A stretch of 64,000 nucleotides of DNA, taken from assembly GCA_963721685.1 (NCBI GenBank), contig CAVRJJ010000001.1:303950-367949 (forward strand). The letters are read 5' to 3'. Below, in pieces: positions 39,500 through 50,039 of this stretch (its first letter is position 1; every line of letters starts with the position of its first letter). The translations under genes and the position numbers were made by a program. The notes below the pieces were generated by a model, which did not search any database, was not told the DNA's origin, and worked only from the letters and a program-made list of their open reading frames with translations. Source of the DNA: an uncultured bacterium. Its GTDB lineage: Bacteria; Patescibacteriota; Saccharimonadia; UBA4664; SCTI01.

Positions 39500-39528
39500 A
39501 ATATATCATGCTTATGCAATTTTGTCAA
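39500..39528 (-). promoter_or_regulatory. Promoter for the GC-rich gene, ~290-nt structured leader
   Basis: TTGACA-17-TATATT with TGCATAAGC in spacer. Confidence 0.65.
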
Positions 39529-39646
39529 GGAGTTGATGGTAAAATGTCTATGATTTATGATCAGATTAGGCGATCTGGAGATTATTGCTTATGCAAAATA
39601 CCGAATTATCTATTGGGAATATGCCTAAAAGATAGCGCTTTAGGCG

Positions 39647-40949
39647 TTATGTCTTAAATAGAAAGCTTTGGAGTATCTGATAATACTCCTCTGGCATCGC
39701 GTGAACAGACAGATGCTTGTAGTCGTACTCCGGGTCAGGGAACTCAAAGCGCTCCAGTTCAGGGTAATTACCAGTCCCCCGCGCCATCACCATGGCCTCC
39801 CGGCACTCCTGTATCTCCCCCACGCACTCGAAGGGCTTATGTCCTTCTATTCCGAGTAACTCGCGATAGGTGTGATCCAGATCGGGTTTCTCAAAAAGGT
39901 TTTCGCCATTAAATAGTTCCATCAGATCAACCTTGGGTGCAAACGGAGCAAATATGAGGTACACAAAAGCGCATTTCGGACATTCGCCACACCAGGTAAG
40001 CCCCTCTTTATGACTAAGGCTAAAGTTACGGTTACAGGAGCTAAATGTACCCTGGTACTGCTCAAGCCAGTTGGTGGTAAAAAGCTCGGCAATCCGCAGT
40101 TCACTTAAGGGGCGCAAAAAAGAAAAATAGTGAATATCGGGAGATATGTTTAATCTCACGTACTCCTGAAAATCGCGCTCAAACTCCAGGGTTTTTGAAT
40201 ACTGGTGGTTTACCGATATCTCCTGATAATCCAGGTTGCCTTCACCGGCTGAAGATTCATTGGAGAGGGCTATATGCCGGTTTCCGGTTAAAATGGCGCT
40301 CACCACGGAAGCGAACGCCAGATAGGCCGAGATGGGAACGTGGCCGTTATAGGCACCTTTGGCGTTAAGATCCTTCAGCTTGGAGTCAAGTGTACGTTCA
40401 ACCTGAAGATGCGACTTCCCGATCTGATCAATCTGGGGTTTAAGTTGTTCGGCATGGTTAATGGTCCAGCTGGTGAACTGCTGATTGGAGGATGCCAGGA
40501 TTCCGGCAGTGGTTAACGAGTCCTTACCGCCGCCAATCGGTACTATCAACCCATTGCCATAGGAGGATTGCGGATTGGACTGGATCTTCGGGTCTACTGG
40601 AAAGGAGCAAGCTTATCGGGACTTAGCTGGTTTTTGACTAGAAACTCCCCTAGTCCTTGTCGGTAGAGCTTATTGAAGAAACTTGGCTTGCTGCTGGTTC
40701 AATCCCTGGCCCTTAATGATGATCTGGGGCGCCAGATAAGCCTTAAAGTAGGAAATGCCGCCGACCAACCATAACCCGCGTACGGCGTTTTCGAGGACTA
40801 TAGGATTAAGGCCGTAGTAAGGATCCCCGTCAGCTTTAAGTGTTTCCGTAAAGTGCAACTCTCCATCATAGGAGTAGCGTAAATGTAAGGTTTGCTCTGT
40901 CTGGTTAAAGTCGTACCCCTCAAAAATAAAGGCTCTGATAGGTTTTCAC
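39647..40949 (-). CDS. murL: UDP-MurNAc-L-Ala-L-Glu epimerase MurL-like (several frameshifts in 5' third)
   Basis: GGGKDS, YNGHVPISA, NHQYSK, SSCN, WCGECPKC, KPFECVG; coupled to murD. Confidence 0.8.
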
Positions 40950-42250
40950 GACGTTTTCACAAGGTCGTGGACGGCTGCCTTGAAATGGTCGCCGCGCTCA
41001 CTAAAGTTCTTAAACATATCAAAGCTGGAGGTTCCCGGTGAAAGCAGCACCACGTCACCTGGTTTGGCTTGTTTACGCGCCAGCTTCACGATATCGCTCA
41101 TCTTCGAAGGGCCTAAGCTGTAGTTGCTGTAGTCCGCCTTGTCTAGGGCTTCAGTGATCTGATGCGAAACTGCCCCTATCACGATAACGTTTCGAACGTT
41201 AGCTATGCCTACCTCGCGGGCGATACCATCATAGCTGAGGCCTTTGTCGAATCCTCCTAAAATTAGTACTTTAGGCTCAGTAAAGGCCTGGATAGCGGCG
41301 ATGGTAGCACCAGGACTGGAAGAGTAGGAATCGTTGATGTAGGTGGCTTCATCAATAACCGCCACCTTCTCTAGCCGGTGCTCCAACCCAGCGAAATGCC
41401 TAATAGCCTGCTTTATCGGATGGGGATCCTTAATGATTGGCCAAACCGCGGTGATGGCGGCGCAGACATTATCCCAGTTATGACGGCCAGCCAGGGCAAT
41501 ATCTGTGACTGAGCAGATAGTGGTGTCCCCTATTTTTACCGTATCGCCATCTATAAAGGCGCCATCGGTGGAGTTATAGGCGGTTTGATCAGCCGGGGCG
41601 CCTAAGCCGCTTTGCAGAGAATACAGGTTGCAGGCATTGAACACCGCGCGGTCACCCGGTTTCTGGTGGGTAAAGATCATTTGCTTGGCTCTCAAGTACT
41701 CATGCATATCCGGATGCCAATTCAGATGGTCCGGAGCGATCATCAGCATTACCGCCACGTGGGGGCTGTATCTGATATCAATCAATTGGAAACTTGATAG
41801 CTCCAAAACCACCCAATCTTCTGGTTTAACCTGGTCTAAAAAGTCCAGAGGTGGGTGGCCAATGTTGCCCCCCAGATGGACGGTGCGTCCGGACGCTTCA
41901 AGCATCTTAGCAATCAAGGAGGCGGTAGTGCCCTTACCTTTAGAGCCGGTCACCCCAATTACCTTGGCCGGACAGTTCCCAAGAAACTCATTGGTCCCCG
42001 AGGTAATTTTAGCTGTGTCCAGATTGGGGTTGGCCTGGAGGAGCGCTTGGGGGCGGATACCCGGAGTGCGGACAACCAGATCATATTGATCCAAGCTCTT
42101 GAGATAATCAGCTCCCAAATGGGAGTCGACGTCTTTTGGCAACATTTGCTCAGTGTTTTCATCATGAATGCAGATCTGATGCCCCAGATCGTGCCAATAG
42201 GTGTACGCGGACTTACCTTCCACCCCATAGCCAACAATCGCAACTTTCAT
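40946..42250 (-). CDS. murD: UDP-MurNAc-L-Ala-Glu ligase
   Basis: GVTGSKGKGTT, GGNIG, ELSSFQL, DHL..H, EHRLE, NDS, LLSPG..SFDMF. Confidence 0.93.
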   Translation of the reverse strand: MKVAIVGYGVEGKSAYTYWHDLGHQICIHDENTEQMLPKDVDSHLGADYLKSLDQYDLVVRTPGIRPQALLQANPNLDTAKITSGTNEFLGNCPAKVIGVTGSKGKGTTASLIAKMLEASGRTVHLGGNIGHPPLDFLDQVKPEDWVVLELSSFQLIDIRYSPHVAVMLMIAPDHLNWHPDMHEYLRAKQMIFTHQKPGDRAVFNACNLYSLQSGLGAPADQTAYNSTDGAFIDGDTVKIGDTTICSVTDIALAGRHNWDNVCAAITAVWPIIKDPHPIKQAIRHFAGLEHRLEKVAVIDEATYINDSYSSSPGATIAAIQAFTEPKVLILGGFDKGLSYDGIAREVGIANVRNVIVIGAVSHQITEALDKADYSNYSLGPSKMSDIVKLARKQAKPGDVVLLSPGTSSFDMFKNFSERGDHFKAAVHDLVKTS

Positions 42251-42256
42251 GGGAGG

Positions 42257-44836
42257 TTACCGGCGCTTTCGCTTTTTGGCCCGCCGGGCAGCCCGGTTTT
42301 CACTTGAAGCTGAACCCCCTCCATCTGAGCTGGGGGCGGCCGCCTGGGAGGTGTCGCTGTTAACTTGTGCCAACTGGGCGGCTTTGGTCATGGCTGTTTC
42401 AACCGGCTGTTCTGCTGGAACGTGGCTAATTTGGGCCCGTAAAACGGTACCGGCCACTTCGGCTTCAATCAGCGAAAGCAGGCGCTTAAATAACCGAAAG
42501 CCCTCGCCTTTATACTCAACCAACGGATCGCGCTGTCCAATTGCCCGCAAGCCTATACCTTCGCGTAAGCGGTCCATAGCCTCCAGATGCTCAATCCAGA
42601 GCCGGTCAAGAACCTGCAGGTAAACCATGCGCTCCAGCATGCGCATATGGTCGGGTGAAAATTCTTTCTCACGCTGGTCGTACAGTTGGCTGGCGTAATC
42701 ACTCAGCACCGCGGGCAAGTCGCGCGGATCGGCCGATTGGAGCGCGGTTTTAACTTCCGGACTGAGCGGCATCAGGGTTTCGGTTTGCTCAATAATTTTT
42801 TCAACCTCAACCACCGCGGTCCGCACATCGGTATGGGCGGTCACCAATGCCTTAAACTCGGTAGTAAGCATGGGTTCAATATCTTCACGGAGGTTGGTAG
42901 ACTTTAAAGCTTTGCGGCGCCGGGCATAAATAACCTCACGATGTTTGTTCATAACATCGTCATACTCGACCAACTGTTTACGGATATCAAAGTTATGGCC
43001 TTCAACCTTTTTCTGGGCGCTTTCCAGACTGCGGCTGACCACTGGGCTTTCCAGGGGAGTATTATCATCCAGGCCCAGTGTTTGCATGAGATTGGCTACC
43101 CGCTCGCCGCCAAAAATGCGCATTAAGTCATCTTCAAGTGAAACGTAAAACCGGGTGGAACCGGGATCGCCTTGACGCCCGGAACGTCCACGCAACTGGT
43201 TGTCAATTCGGCGGGACTCGTGGCGCTCGGTACCAACCACATGCAAACCGCCCAGCTTAGCAACGCCGTCACCTAACACAATATCGGTACCACGACCGGC
43301 AATGTTGGTAGCCAGGGTAACCGCCCCTTTTTGGCCAGCCGCCGCGACAATGGCGGCCTCCTTTTCGTTGTTTTTAGCGTTTAACAACTCGTGGGGAACC
43401 TTAGCTTGGTGTAAAAGCTCAGACAGGATTTCATTCTTAGCGATAGAAACCGTACCCAGCAGAACCGGTTGGCCCTTTTGGTTGCGCTCCTTAACGTCTG
43501 CCACGACCGCGTTAAACTTCCCCATTTCGGTGCGGTAGATGCGGTCGGGCTGATCCTGGCGAATCATGGTCTGGTGGGTTGGAATTGTTGTGACTTCCAG
43601 CTGGTAAATTTTACCAAACTCCTCTGCCTCGGTAGCGGCCGTGCCGGTCATACCTGATAGCTTTTCATATAAGCGAAAATAGTTCTGGAAGGTAATGGTA
43701 GCTAAAGTTAACGACTCTTTCCGAATCTCCACCGATTCTTTAGCTTCAATTGCCTGGTGCAGGCCATCACTATAGCGCCGTCCGTGCATCAGGCGGCCGG
43801 TGAATTCATCCACAATAATCACCTCCCCTTCACGCACTACATAATCGCGGTCTTTTTTAAAGAGGGCTTCGGCTTTCAAGCTTTGTTCCACGTGGTGGAC
43901 TTCCTCGATCATGCCGGCTTCATAGATATTTTCTACCCCGAGCGCTTTTTCCAGTTTACGAATACCATCGTCGGTTAAGCTAGCCGCCTTCTGCTTTTCG
44001 TCCAACGTATAGTCATCGGTGATTTTGAGGCCGCGGGCAAGGACGGCAAACTGAATATACTTTTCGGTGCTTTCTTCGGCTGGAGCGGAAATAATCAAGG
44101 GCGTGCGGGCTTCATCAATTAAGATGGAGTCAACTTCGTCGACAATCGCGTAGTGCAGGGGCCGCTGAACCATCTGTTCACTATCGGAAACCATGTTATC
44201 TCGCAGGTAATCAAACCCGAACTCATTGTTGGTTCCATAGGTAATGTCGGCGTTATAAGCTTCTTGGCGGCTCACCGGACGTAAGTGCTTCAGGCGCTCG
44301 TCGTCAGCGGTTTCGTCGAAGTACTCAGGATCATATAAATAGGCGGACACCCCGAAGGTGGCGCTTGGCACAATAATGCCAACCGACATGCCTAAAGCCT
44401 GAAAGACCTGCCCCATCCAGCCGGGATCGCGCCGGGCCAAATAATCGTTAACCGTGACAACATGAACCCCTTTTCCGGTGAGAGCGTTCAAATAGGCAGG
44501 GGCGGTTGCCACCAAGGTTTTACCTTCCCCAGTGCGCATTTCGGCAATTTTGCCATCATGTAAGACACTGCCGCCAATAAACTGCACATCGTAATGGCGC
44601 AACCCGATGGTACGCCGGGAGGCCTCGCGCACGGTGGCAAAGGCTTCCGGAAGGATGTCTTCCAGTGTTTTACCATCCTTTAGCTTGCCGCGAAGCTTTT
44701 CGGTTTGGGCTTTTAGCTTAGCGTCACTCAACCCCTTGAGCTTAGCTTCAAGCGCGTTGGCTTGGTTAACCTTGAGTTGGGCTTTTTTAATTTCCCTCGC
44801 GTCGGGGTCGCCAAAAATGCGTTTTAACAGATTCAT
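42257..44836 (-). CDS. secA: Preprotein translocase ATPase
   Basis: MRTGEGKT, DEVDSILIDEARTPL, QLRGRSGRQGDPG. Confidence 0.98.
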   Translation of the reverse strand: MNLLKRIFGDPDAREIKKAQLKVNQANALEAKLKGLSDAKLKAQTEKLRGKLKDGKTLEDILPEAFATVREASRRTIGLRHYDVQFIGGSVLHDGKIAEMRTGEGKTLVATAPAYLNALTGKGVHVVTVNDYLARRDPGWMGQVFQALGMSVGIIVPSATFGVSAYLYDPEYFDETADDERLKHLRPVSRQEAYNADITYGTNNEFGFDYLRDNMVSDSEQMVQRPLHYAIVDEVDSILIDEARTPLIISAPAEESTEKYIQFAVLARGLKITDDYTLDEKQKAASLTDDGIRKLEKALGVENIYEAGMIEEVHHVEQSLKAEALFKKDRDYVVREGEVIIVDEFTGRLMHGRRYSDGLHQAIEAKESVEIRKESLTLATITFQNYFRLYEKLSGMTGTAATEAEEFGKIYQLEVTTIPTHQTMIRQDQPDRIYRTEMGKFNAVVADVKERNQKGQPVLLGTVSIAKNEILSELLHQAKVPHELLNAKNNEKEAAIVAAAGQKGAVTLATNIAGRGTDIVLGDGVAKLGGLHVVGTERHESRRIDNQLRGRSGRQGDPGSTRFYVSLEDDLMRIFGGERVANLMQTLGLDDNTPLESPVVSRSLESAQKKVEGHNFDIRKQLVEYDDVMNKHREVIYARRRKALKSTNLREDIEPMLTTEFKALVTAHTDVRTAVVEVEKIIEQTETLMPLSPEVKTALQSADPRDLPAVLSDYASQLYDQREKEFSPDHMRMLERMVYLQVLDRLWIEHLEAMDRLREGIGLRAIGQRDPLVEYKGEGFRLFKRLLSLIEAEVAGTVLRAQISHVPAEQPVETAMTKAAQLAQVNSDTSQAAAPSSDGGGSASSENRAARRAKKRKRR

Positions 44837-44869
44837 AACCTGATTATTGTAGCACGACTAAGCCGGAAA

Positions 44870-45256
44870 CTAGTCTTCAACCGGCTCCGGAAGCGGTGTT
44901 CGCCCCATTACCTTGGCCATTAAACGTTGGCGGCGATTTTTGGCCGGCTCATGTTTGCTCTTATAGGTAAGGGCTTGGCTTTTAAGTTTTTGCTCACATA
45001 TATCAATGGCGGCGTACATATTAATAGTTGATTCATGAGCCTTAAGCTGCTCACCCTTTACCTCAAACTGCACCTCGCAGATACAGCGCTGGTCTTGCGG
45101 TAAGGCCTCATTGCATTCCAAAATAACGGTACCGGCCAATCCGTCGCGGACATGGCGCGGCAAATACCTATCTAAGCCACCTAATTTTTTATCAATATAC
45201 TCAATGATTTTGTCATCAAGCTCATAATGCCTGCCGGTCGTTTGCAATACAATCAT
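44870..45256 (-). CDS. hpf: Ribosome hibernation factor HPF/RaiA
   Basis: TGRHYEL...YIDKKL, MYAAID..KL; upstream of secA. Confidence 0.85.
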   Translation of the reverse strand: MIVLQTTGRHYELDDKIIEYIDKKLGGLDRYLPRHVRDGLAGTVILECNEALPQDQRCICEVQFEVKGEQLKAHESTINMYAAIDICEQKLKSQALTYKSKHEPAKNRRQRLMAKVMGRTPLPEPVED

Positions 45257-45298
45257 ACTTCCCTCCTCGCGTGTGTCGTGTACTTAGTGTAGCGACTT

Positions 45299-46603
45299 TT
45301 ACAACTGAGTTCCACCGTAATAGGATTGCAGAACCTCGGGAACTCGAACTTCACCTGCTTCCGTCTGATAATTTTCAATAATCGCGATCAAGGTGCGTCC
45401 CATGGCAAAAGCGGTGGCATCGTTGGTGTGGCCAAGCTCAATTGAACCGGAATCGGTTCGTATTCGGGTTTGTAGGGCACGCGTTTGATAGTCGGAAATG
45501 AAGTCGGCGCTGTGGGTTTCCCGGTACTTGTCCTGGCCCGGCAACCAGGTGTTAATATCCACGCCCCGGGCGTTGGGCTTACCAATATCGGCGGTGCATT
45601 TCATGATTGCCTGATAGGGCAATCCAAGCTGCTGCATCAGATACTCTTGGATGGCGACCATAAACAAGTGCTCATCCAGACCGGCATCGGCGGTGGTAAA
45701 GCTTTCCATCTCCATCTTGTCGAAGTGATGCATTCGAAAAATTCCCTCCATGTCCTTACCATAGGTGCCGGCTTCCCGGCGGAAGCTGGTCGCGTAGCCG
45801 ACGTAACGAATAGGCAGGTCGGCTTCCGCTAAAATTTCATCCTGGTACATCGCGCACAGGCTGTGCTCGGCGCTGCCGTTAAGCCATAGGTCGTCATCTT
45901 CAAGTTTGTAAGTAACCTCAGCCCCGTTTAAGCGTCCAGTAGCCTCATAGACCTCGGTGCGGATCATCGGGGGCGGTAAAACCGGAGTGAAGGGTTTAGT
46001 GCTGACATTCAACCCAGCATCGACGGCGATTTGCTTAAGTTTATCTTCGTCGGTTAAGACACTCAAGCCAAACTGCATTAAGGCAAACTGCAAACGTACC
46101 AAGCTGCCTTTGATATAGGCAAAGCGCGAGCCGCTAACTTTAGCGGCCCGTTCTTTATCGATCCAATCGTGAGCTTCAGCCAGCTGCCAGTGGTTTTTCG
46201 GCTTGAAATCAAAGTGCGACTTTTCACCAACGGTTTTTGCAACCACATTGTCATCTTCGCTTTCCCCTACCGGGACATCATCGGTGGGCAGATTGGGGAT
46301 TTGCTTAAGAATAGCTTGGAACTCGGTATCTACCTTAGCCAAGTCAGCTTCAAGTTTGCCAATCTCATCTTTGAGCTTTTTGCCTTGCTCAATCTGAGCA
46401 GCCTCAGGCTTGGCGGATTTGGTGGTAGCCGCTAGCTCGTTACGCTGCTGGCGGAGCGTATCAACTTGTTCGGTTAGCCCGCGGCGCTGTTGGTCGAGTT
46501 CTATTAAGTGGTCGATGTCCTCCGCGCCCACAGAAGCGTTTTTATTTTTAGCGGCGGCCTTCACGGCTTCCGGATTTTCACGAACCAGTTTTATGTCGAT
46601 CAT
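45299..46603 (-). CDS. serS: Serine-tRNA ligase
   Basis: MIDIKLVRENP, FRREAG, R.HHFDK.E, YRETHS. Confidence 0.96.
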   Translation of the reverse strand: MIDIKLVRENPEAVKAAAKNKNASVGAEDIDHLIELDQQRRGLTEQVDTLRQQRNELAATTKSAKPEAAQIEQGKKLKDEIGKLEADLAKVDTEFQAILKQIPNLPTDDVPVGESEDDNVVAKTVGEKSHFDFKPKNHWQLAEAHDWIDKERAAKVSGSRFAYIKGSLVRLQFALMQFGLSVLTDEDKLKQIAVDAGLNVSTKPFTPVLPPPMIRTEVYEATGRLNGAEVTYKLEDDDLWLNGSAEHSLCAMYQDEILAEADLPIRYVGYATSFRREAGTYGKDMEGIFRMHHFDKMEMESFTTADAGLDEHLFMVAIQEYLMQQLGLPYQAIMKCTADIGKPNARGVDINTWLPGQDKYRETHSADFISDYQTRALQTRIRTDSGSIELGHTNDATAFAMGRTLIAIIENYQTEAGEVRVPEVLQSYYGGTQL

Positions 46604-46732
46604 AGTGGGCTTATTATAGCAGGTTTAATGAGTCGCCGACCCGAGCAAAGCCTTAAACATGACGAAGCCCCGCGGAGGGGCTCTCGACGGCTTCATCAGC
46701 CGTACTTCGCCATGCCCGCAGGGCATTGTATT

Positions 46733-47917
46733 TCAGAGCAACCGCACCACATAGATATGCGGGTGGGCCTCCAGCTCTGTGACCAACTCGTCCGGTACGC
46801 GTTCGTTGAGATCGAAGACCGAGTAGGCCAACTCGTCCTTTGAGACGTTCCCCATGTCCTCGATGTTGAGCTCCGTACTTGGCGATGATCGCGGTGAGCT
46901 CGCTCAGTATGCCTTCCGTCGTTGGCGTGGACGATGGTCAGCCGATGCTCGGAAGCCCGCGACAGAACGAGATCGGGCAGGTTGACAGCATTCCTGACGT
47001 TGCCATGTTCGGCGAAATCGATCAACTGTCGCGCAGCCATGACCGAACAGGCCGCTTCCGCCTCGGCGGTGGAACCACCGATGTGCGGCGAGACCACCAC
47101 GCAGGCATGACCCGCTAGTGCCTGCATCCGGTAGGTCGGTGAGATACCTCCCCACCTTGCCAGCATTGAGCGCGTCGATCAGTGGTTCCGTCTGAACCAA
47201 CTGTGCCCGAGCCGTGTTCACGAGCATCACGCCCGTCTTCATGAGCTCGAACTCGCGCGGGCCAATCATGGCGTCGGTCCGCGGTCCGCCAGGTACGTGC
47301 AGCGACACCACGTCGCTGCGGCGAAGCAACTCGCTCGAGGCTGTCAACGAGTTCAACGCCCACGTACTCGAGGAACTCGCGAGCATCAGCGCTGATCCCC
47401 GGGTCGTACCCGAGGACGTTCATACGCAATCCGGCATGAGCTCGAATGGCCACCCATCGCCCGATATTGCCGAGACCGACAACGCCAAGCGTCCGATGGC
47501 GCAGCTCGAAACCGGCAAAACGCTTCTTGTCTTTTTCTGCGCTGGACCGGAAAGCCGTCGTCAGTGCCGTGTTCGGCGACATAGGCGAAGGCTTCGGCGA
47601 GCTTGCGCGCCCCGATCGTAATGAGTCCCAGCGTGTGTTCCACCACTCCGTTGGCGTTAGCGCCGGGGGTGTTTGGACGCCACCACACCTCGCTGGCTCA
47701 AGACAGCGAGAGGGAGGTTGTCGACACCGGTTCCAGCGCGGGCAAGCGCGATGACGCTTGCGGGCACCATCTCCGGCACCTCAAGGTATCCGCGATATGA
47801 GCGCAGCAGGATCAACAGCGGGTTAGGTTCCCGCTGGTCAGGATCGCAGGTGTACCCCGCGTCCCTCAGCAACTGCAAGCCGTCACGACCGATTTCATTG
47901 TGAAGACGTACGATCAT
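46733..47917 (-). pseudogene. serA: D-3-phosphoglycerate dehydrogenase with ACT domain, GC-rich, at least five frame breaks
   Basis: ARAGTGVDN, NTPGANANGV, GVVGLGNIG, SLHVP, NTAR, SPHIGGST in successive frames. Confidence 0.75.
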
Positions 47918-48021
47918 TCCCCTCACCTCCGAGGGTCAGGCCACAGAACGTGGCATTTTCCAGAGAACCTTCCTATTTAAGCATAGTACAGAGGTTTGCT
48001 AAAGAGACACTGGGCTAAAGA

Positions 48022-48462
48022 TTATTTCGAAAGATCATAGCGAAACACGGTGGTACCATAAGGCTCAAAGCCGTGTTTTTGGTAGAGCCGCCAGGCAGCT
48101 TCGCGCTTTGGGTTGGACTGTAGTTGAAGCTGATGGGCACCCTTATCTTTAGCGGTGGCTATACTGGCTTCAACCAAGGCGTCCCCTATCCCCTGTCCCC
48201 GGAAATCGGCGTTTACCACCACATCTTCAACGGTTGATTTCAGTTTGCCGTCGATGGCCGGAACGACGACTACCGTAGTCATGCCGGCAATAGCACCGTC
48301 AACGTAAGCAACCAGTAGCGTGTTAGCTTCGTGCGCTAAAAACTGCTCAAGGCTTTCCTGCGTAGGTTTAGGACGGTTAGCGCTCAGCTGGGGCATCAGT
48401 ACTTCAGCCGCGGCCCGCAGCTCCTCGGTAGCCTCCGTTGCAACTTCAACTGTTACTGCCAT
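48022..48462 (-). CDS. GNAT acetyltransferase
   Basis: VEDVVV...RGQGIG, R.AA..LY...GF. Confidence 0.9.
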   Translation of the reverse strand: MAVTVEVATEATEELRAAAEVLMPQLSANRPKPTQESLEQFLAHEANTLLVAYVDGAIAGMTTVVVVPAIDGKLKSTVEDVVVNADFRGQGIGDALVEASIATAKDKGAHQLQLQSNPKREAAWRLYQKHGFEPYGTTVFRYDLSK

Positions 48463-48464
48463 TT

Positions 48465-50018
48465 CTAACCCTCCAACTTTAAACGTTTAACTAACCAATC
48501 CCGGTCGAGGCTTGCTAGGAACCAGCCAGCTTTGGGGCCGTATTCTTTACCTAAGATAACACGATAGAGCGCCGCGAACCCCTCCCGAGGGCCAACTTCC
48601 GCTTTCTCGGCAGCGGCGTAGATGAGCAAATGCATTTCCCGGCCGTTTAGGTCGCCTTCAAAGGTTTGGATTGCGTCGGCTAGCTTTGCGAGAAATGTTT
48701 TTTGGACAGCGCCCAATTCTGCTCGCGGAAGCTTTTCCTGAACACTAAATTTAACCACATCGGGCGCGTAATGCTCCAGCCAGTTATGGACGAACGGCAA
48801 CTCTTGAAGAATAATATCCTTCTCGGTTTTGACAGTATCGCCATAGCCGGTGCGCTCCAGCGTGAGTAAGGTTTGCTCGGGATCACCCTGGGCCGCCTGG
48901 TAGACCTGTACTAAATGCTTAAAGGAAACACTGGATATTACCCGGTCGGTTTTACCGGCCACCGCGAACTCATAGGCGTCCCGGAACGGGTGGGTGGAGT
49001 CGTTCTGAGCCGCCGCGAACTCATCAATGAGGTTGAAGAGGCCTAAGCCTGTAGCAAAAATAAGGAGCTTTTCTGGACGCGAACGAACAATAAAATAGCG
49101 CAAAATTTCAACCGGCATAACCTTAAGCACCTCTTTGGGTGTAATAACATTCCCAGCCGACTTGCTAATTTTTTTAGTTTGACCGGCTTGGTTAATAAAC
49201 TCATACGGGACCGGCATAGGGGCTTGACCGCCAAAAACTTGCTCAACAATCGCCCTTCCGGTGTCATAGGATCCACCTTTTGTGGCGTGATCGCGCCCAA
49301 ATGGCTCAACATTTACGCCCCACATCCACCACCTGGCCGGCCAGTCGATACGCCAGTCCAACTTTACCCTGCCTTCTGCGTAAGAAAGCTCCCCCTCCTT
49401 GCCGTCAAGGGCGCGGTAGGTAACAATTTGCCGTTCTGTATCGTGCCCGCTATAAATCCATTCGTTAAGACGACCGGAATCACTGAGCAGCTGAACCGGT
49501 CCCCAGTCGGCCGACAACTTGCGATGACTAACGGTTTCAATAATCTCGCGGATTTCTTGTGTTTGCTTAAGGACTTTCTCGATAGCGGCGGTGTAACGAT
49601 GTTCTTTCCCGTAGGTGGTAGATGCGCGATATGATTCATCAGGCTCAAAACCGGTTGCTTGCGTGGCCGCGACCAAGTCATTATAAAAATAATCAGCGTA
49701 AGAACTACCGGGCTTAGGACTCTCTGCCAAATAAAGTGGCTTACCCAGTTCCGACTGAATCGTTTCTGGAAGGTCTGCCGGAATCTTACGCAATACATCG
49801 AAATCGTCAACAAAATCAAGATGAGTAGCTTCGCGGCCACGCTCCCGCAGGGCCCACGTTAGGGCGCTAGCAGTGGCAATTTCTCGAATAGTTCCGATGT
49901 GATAAACACCGGAAGGTGAATGTCCACTAGATACCGTAATAGTACCTTCCGGATATTTGGAAACAATATCGTCAGCGGCTAGATCAAGCCAATATTTACT
50001 GCTGGATTCGCTAGTCAT
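48465..50018 (-). CDS. lysS: Lysine-tRNA ligase, class I
   Basis: SPSG.YHIG, WRIDWPARW, GRDH, KISKSAGN, GPKAG. Confidence 0.93.
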   Translation of the reverse strand: MTSESSSKYWLDLAADDIVSKYPEGTITVSSGHSPSGVYHIGTIREIATASALTWALRERGREATHLDFVDDFDVLRKIPADLPETIQSELGKPLYLAESPKPGSSYADYFYNDLVAATQATGFEPDESYRASTTYGKEHRYTAAIEKVLKQTQEIREIIETVSHRKLSADWGPVQLLSDSGRLNEWIYSGHDTERQIVTYRALDGKEGELSYAEGRVKLDWRIDWPARWWMWGVNVEPFGRDHATKGGSYDTGRAIVEQVFGGQAPMPVPYEFINQAGQTKKISKSAGNVITPKEVLKVMPVEILRYFIVRSRPEKLLIFATGLGLFNLIDEFAAAQNDSTHPFRDAYEFAVAGKTDRVISSVSFKHLVQVYQAAQGDPEQTLLTLERTGYGDTVKTEKDIILQELPFVHNWLEHYAPDVVKFSVQEKLPRAELGAVQKTFLAKLADAIQTFEGDLNGREMHLLIYAAAEKAEVGPREGFAALYRVILGKEYGPKAGWFLASLDRDWLVKRLKLEG

Positions 50019-50039
50019 ACCGGGTATTGTACAGCAGTC

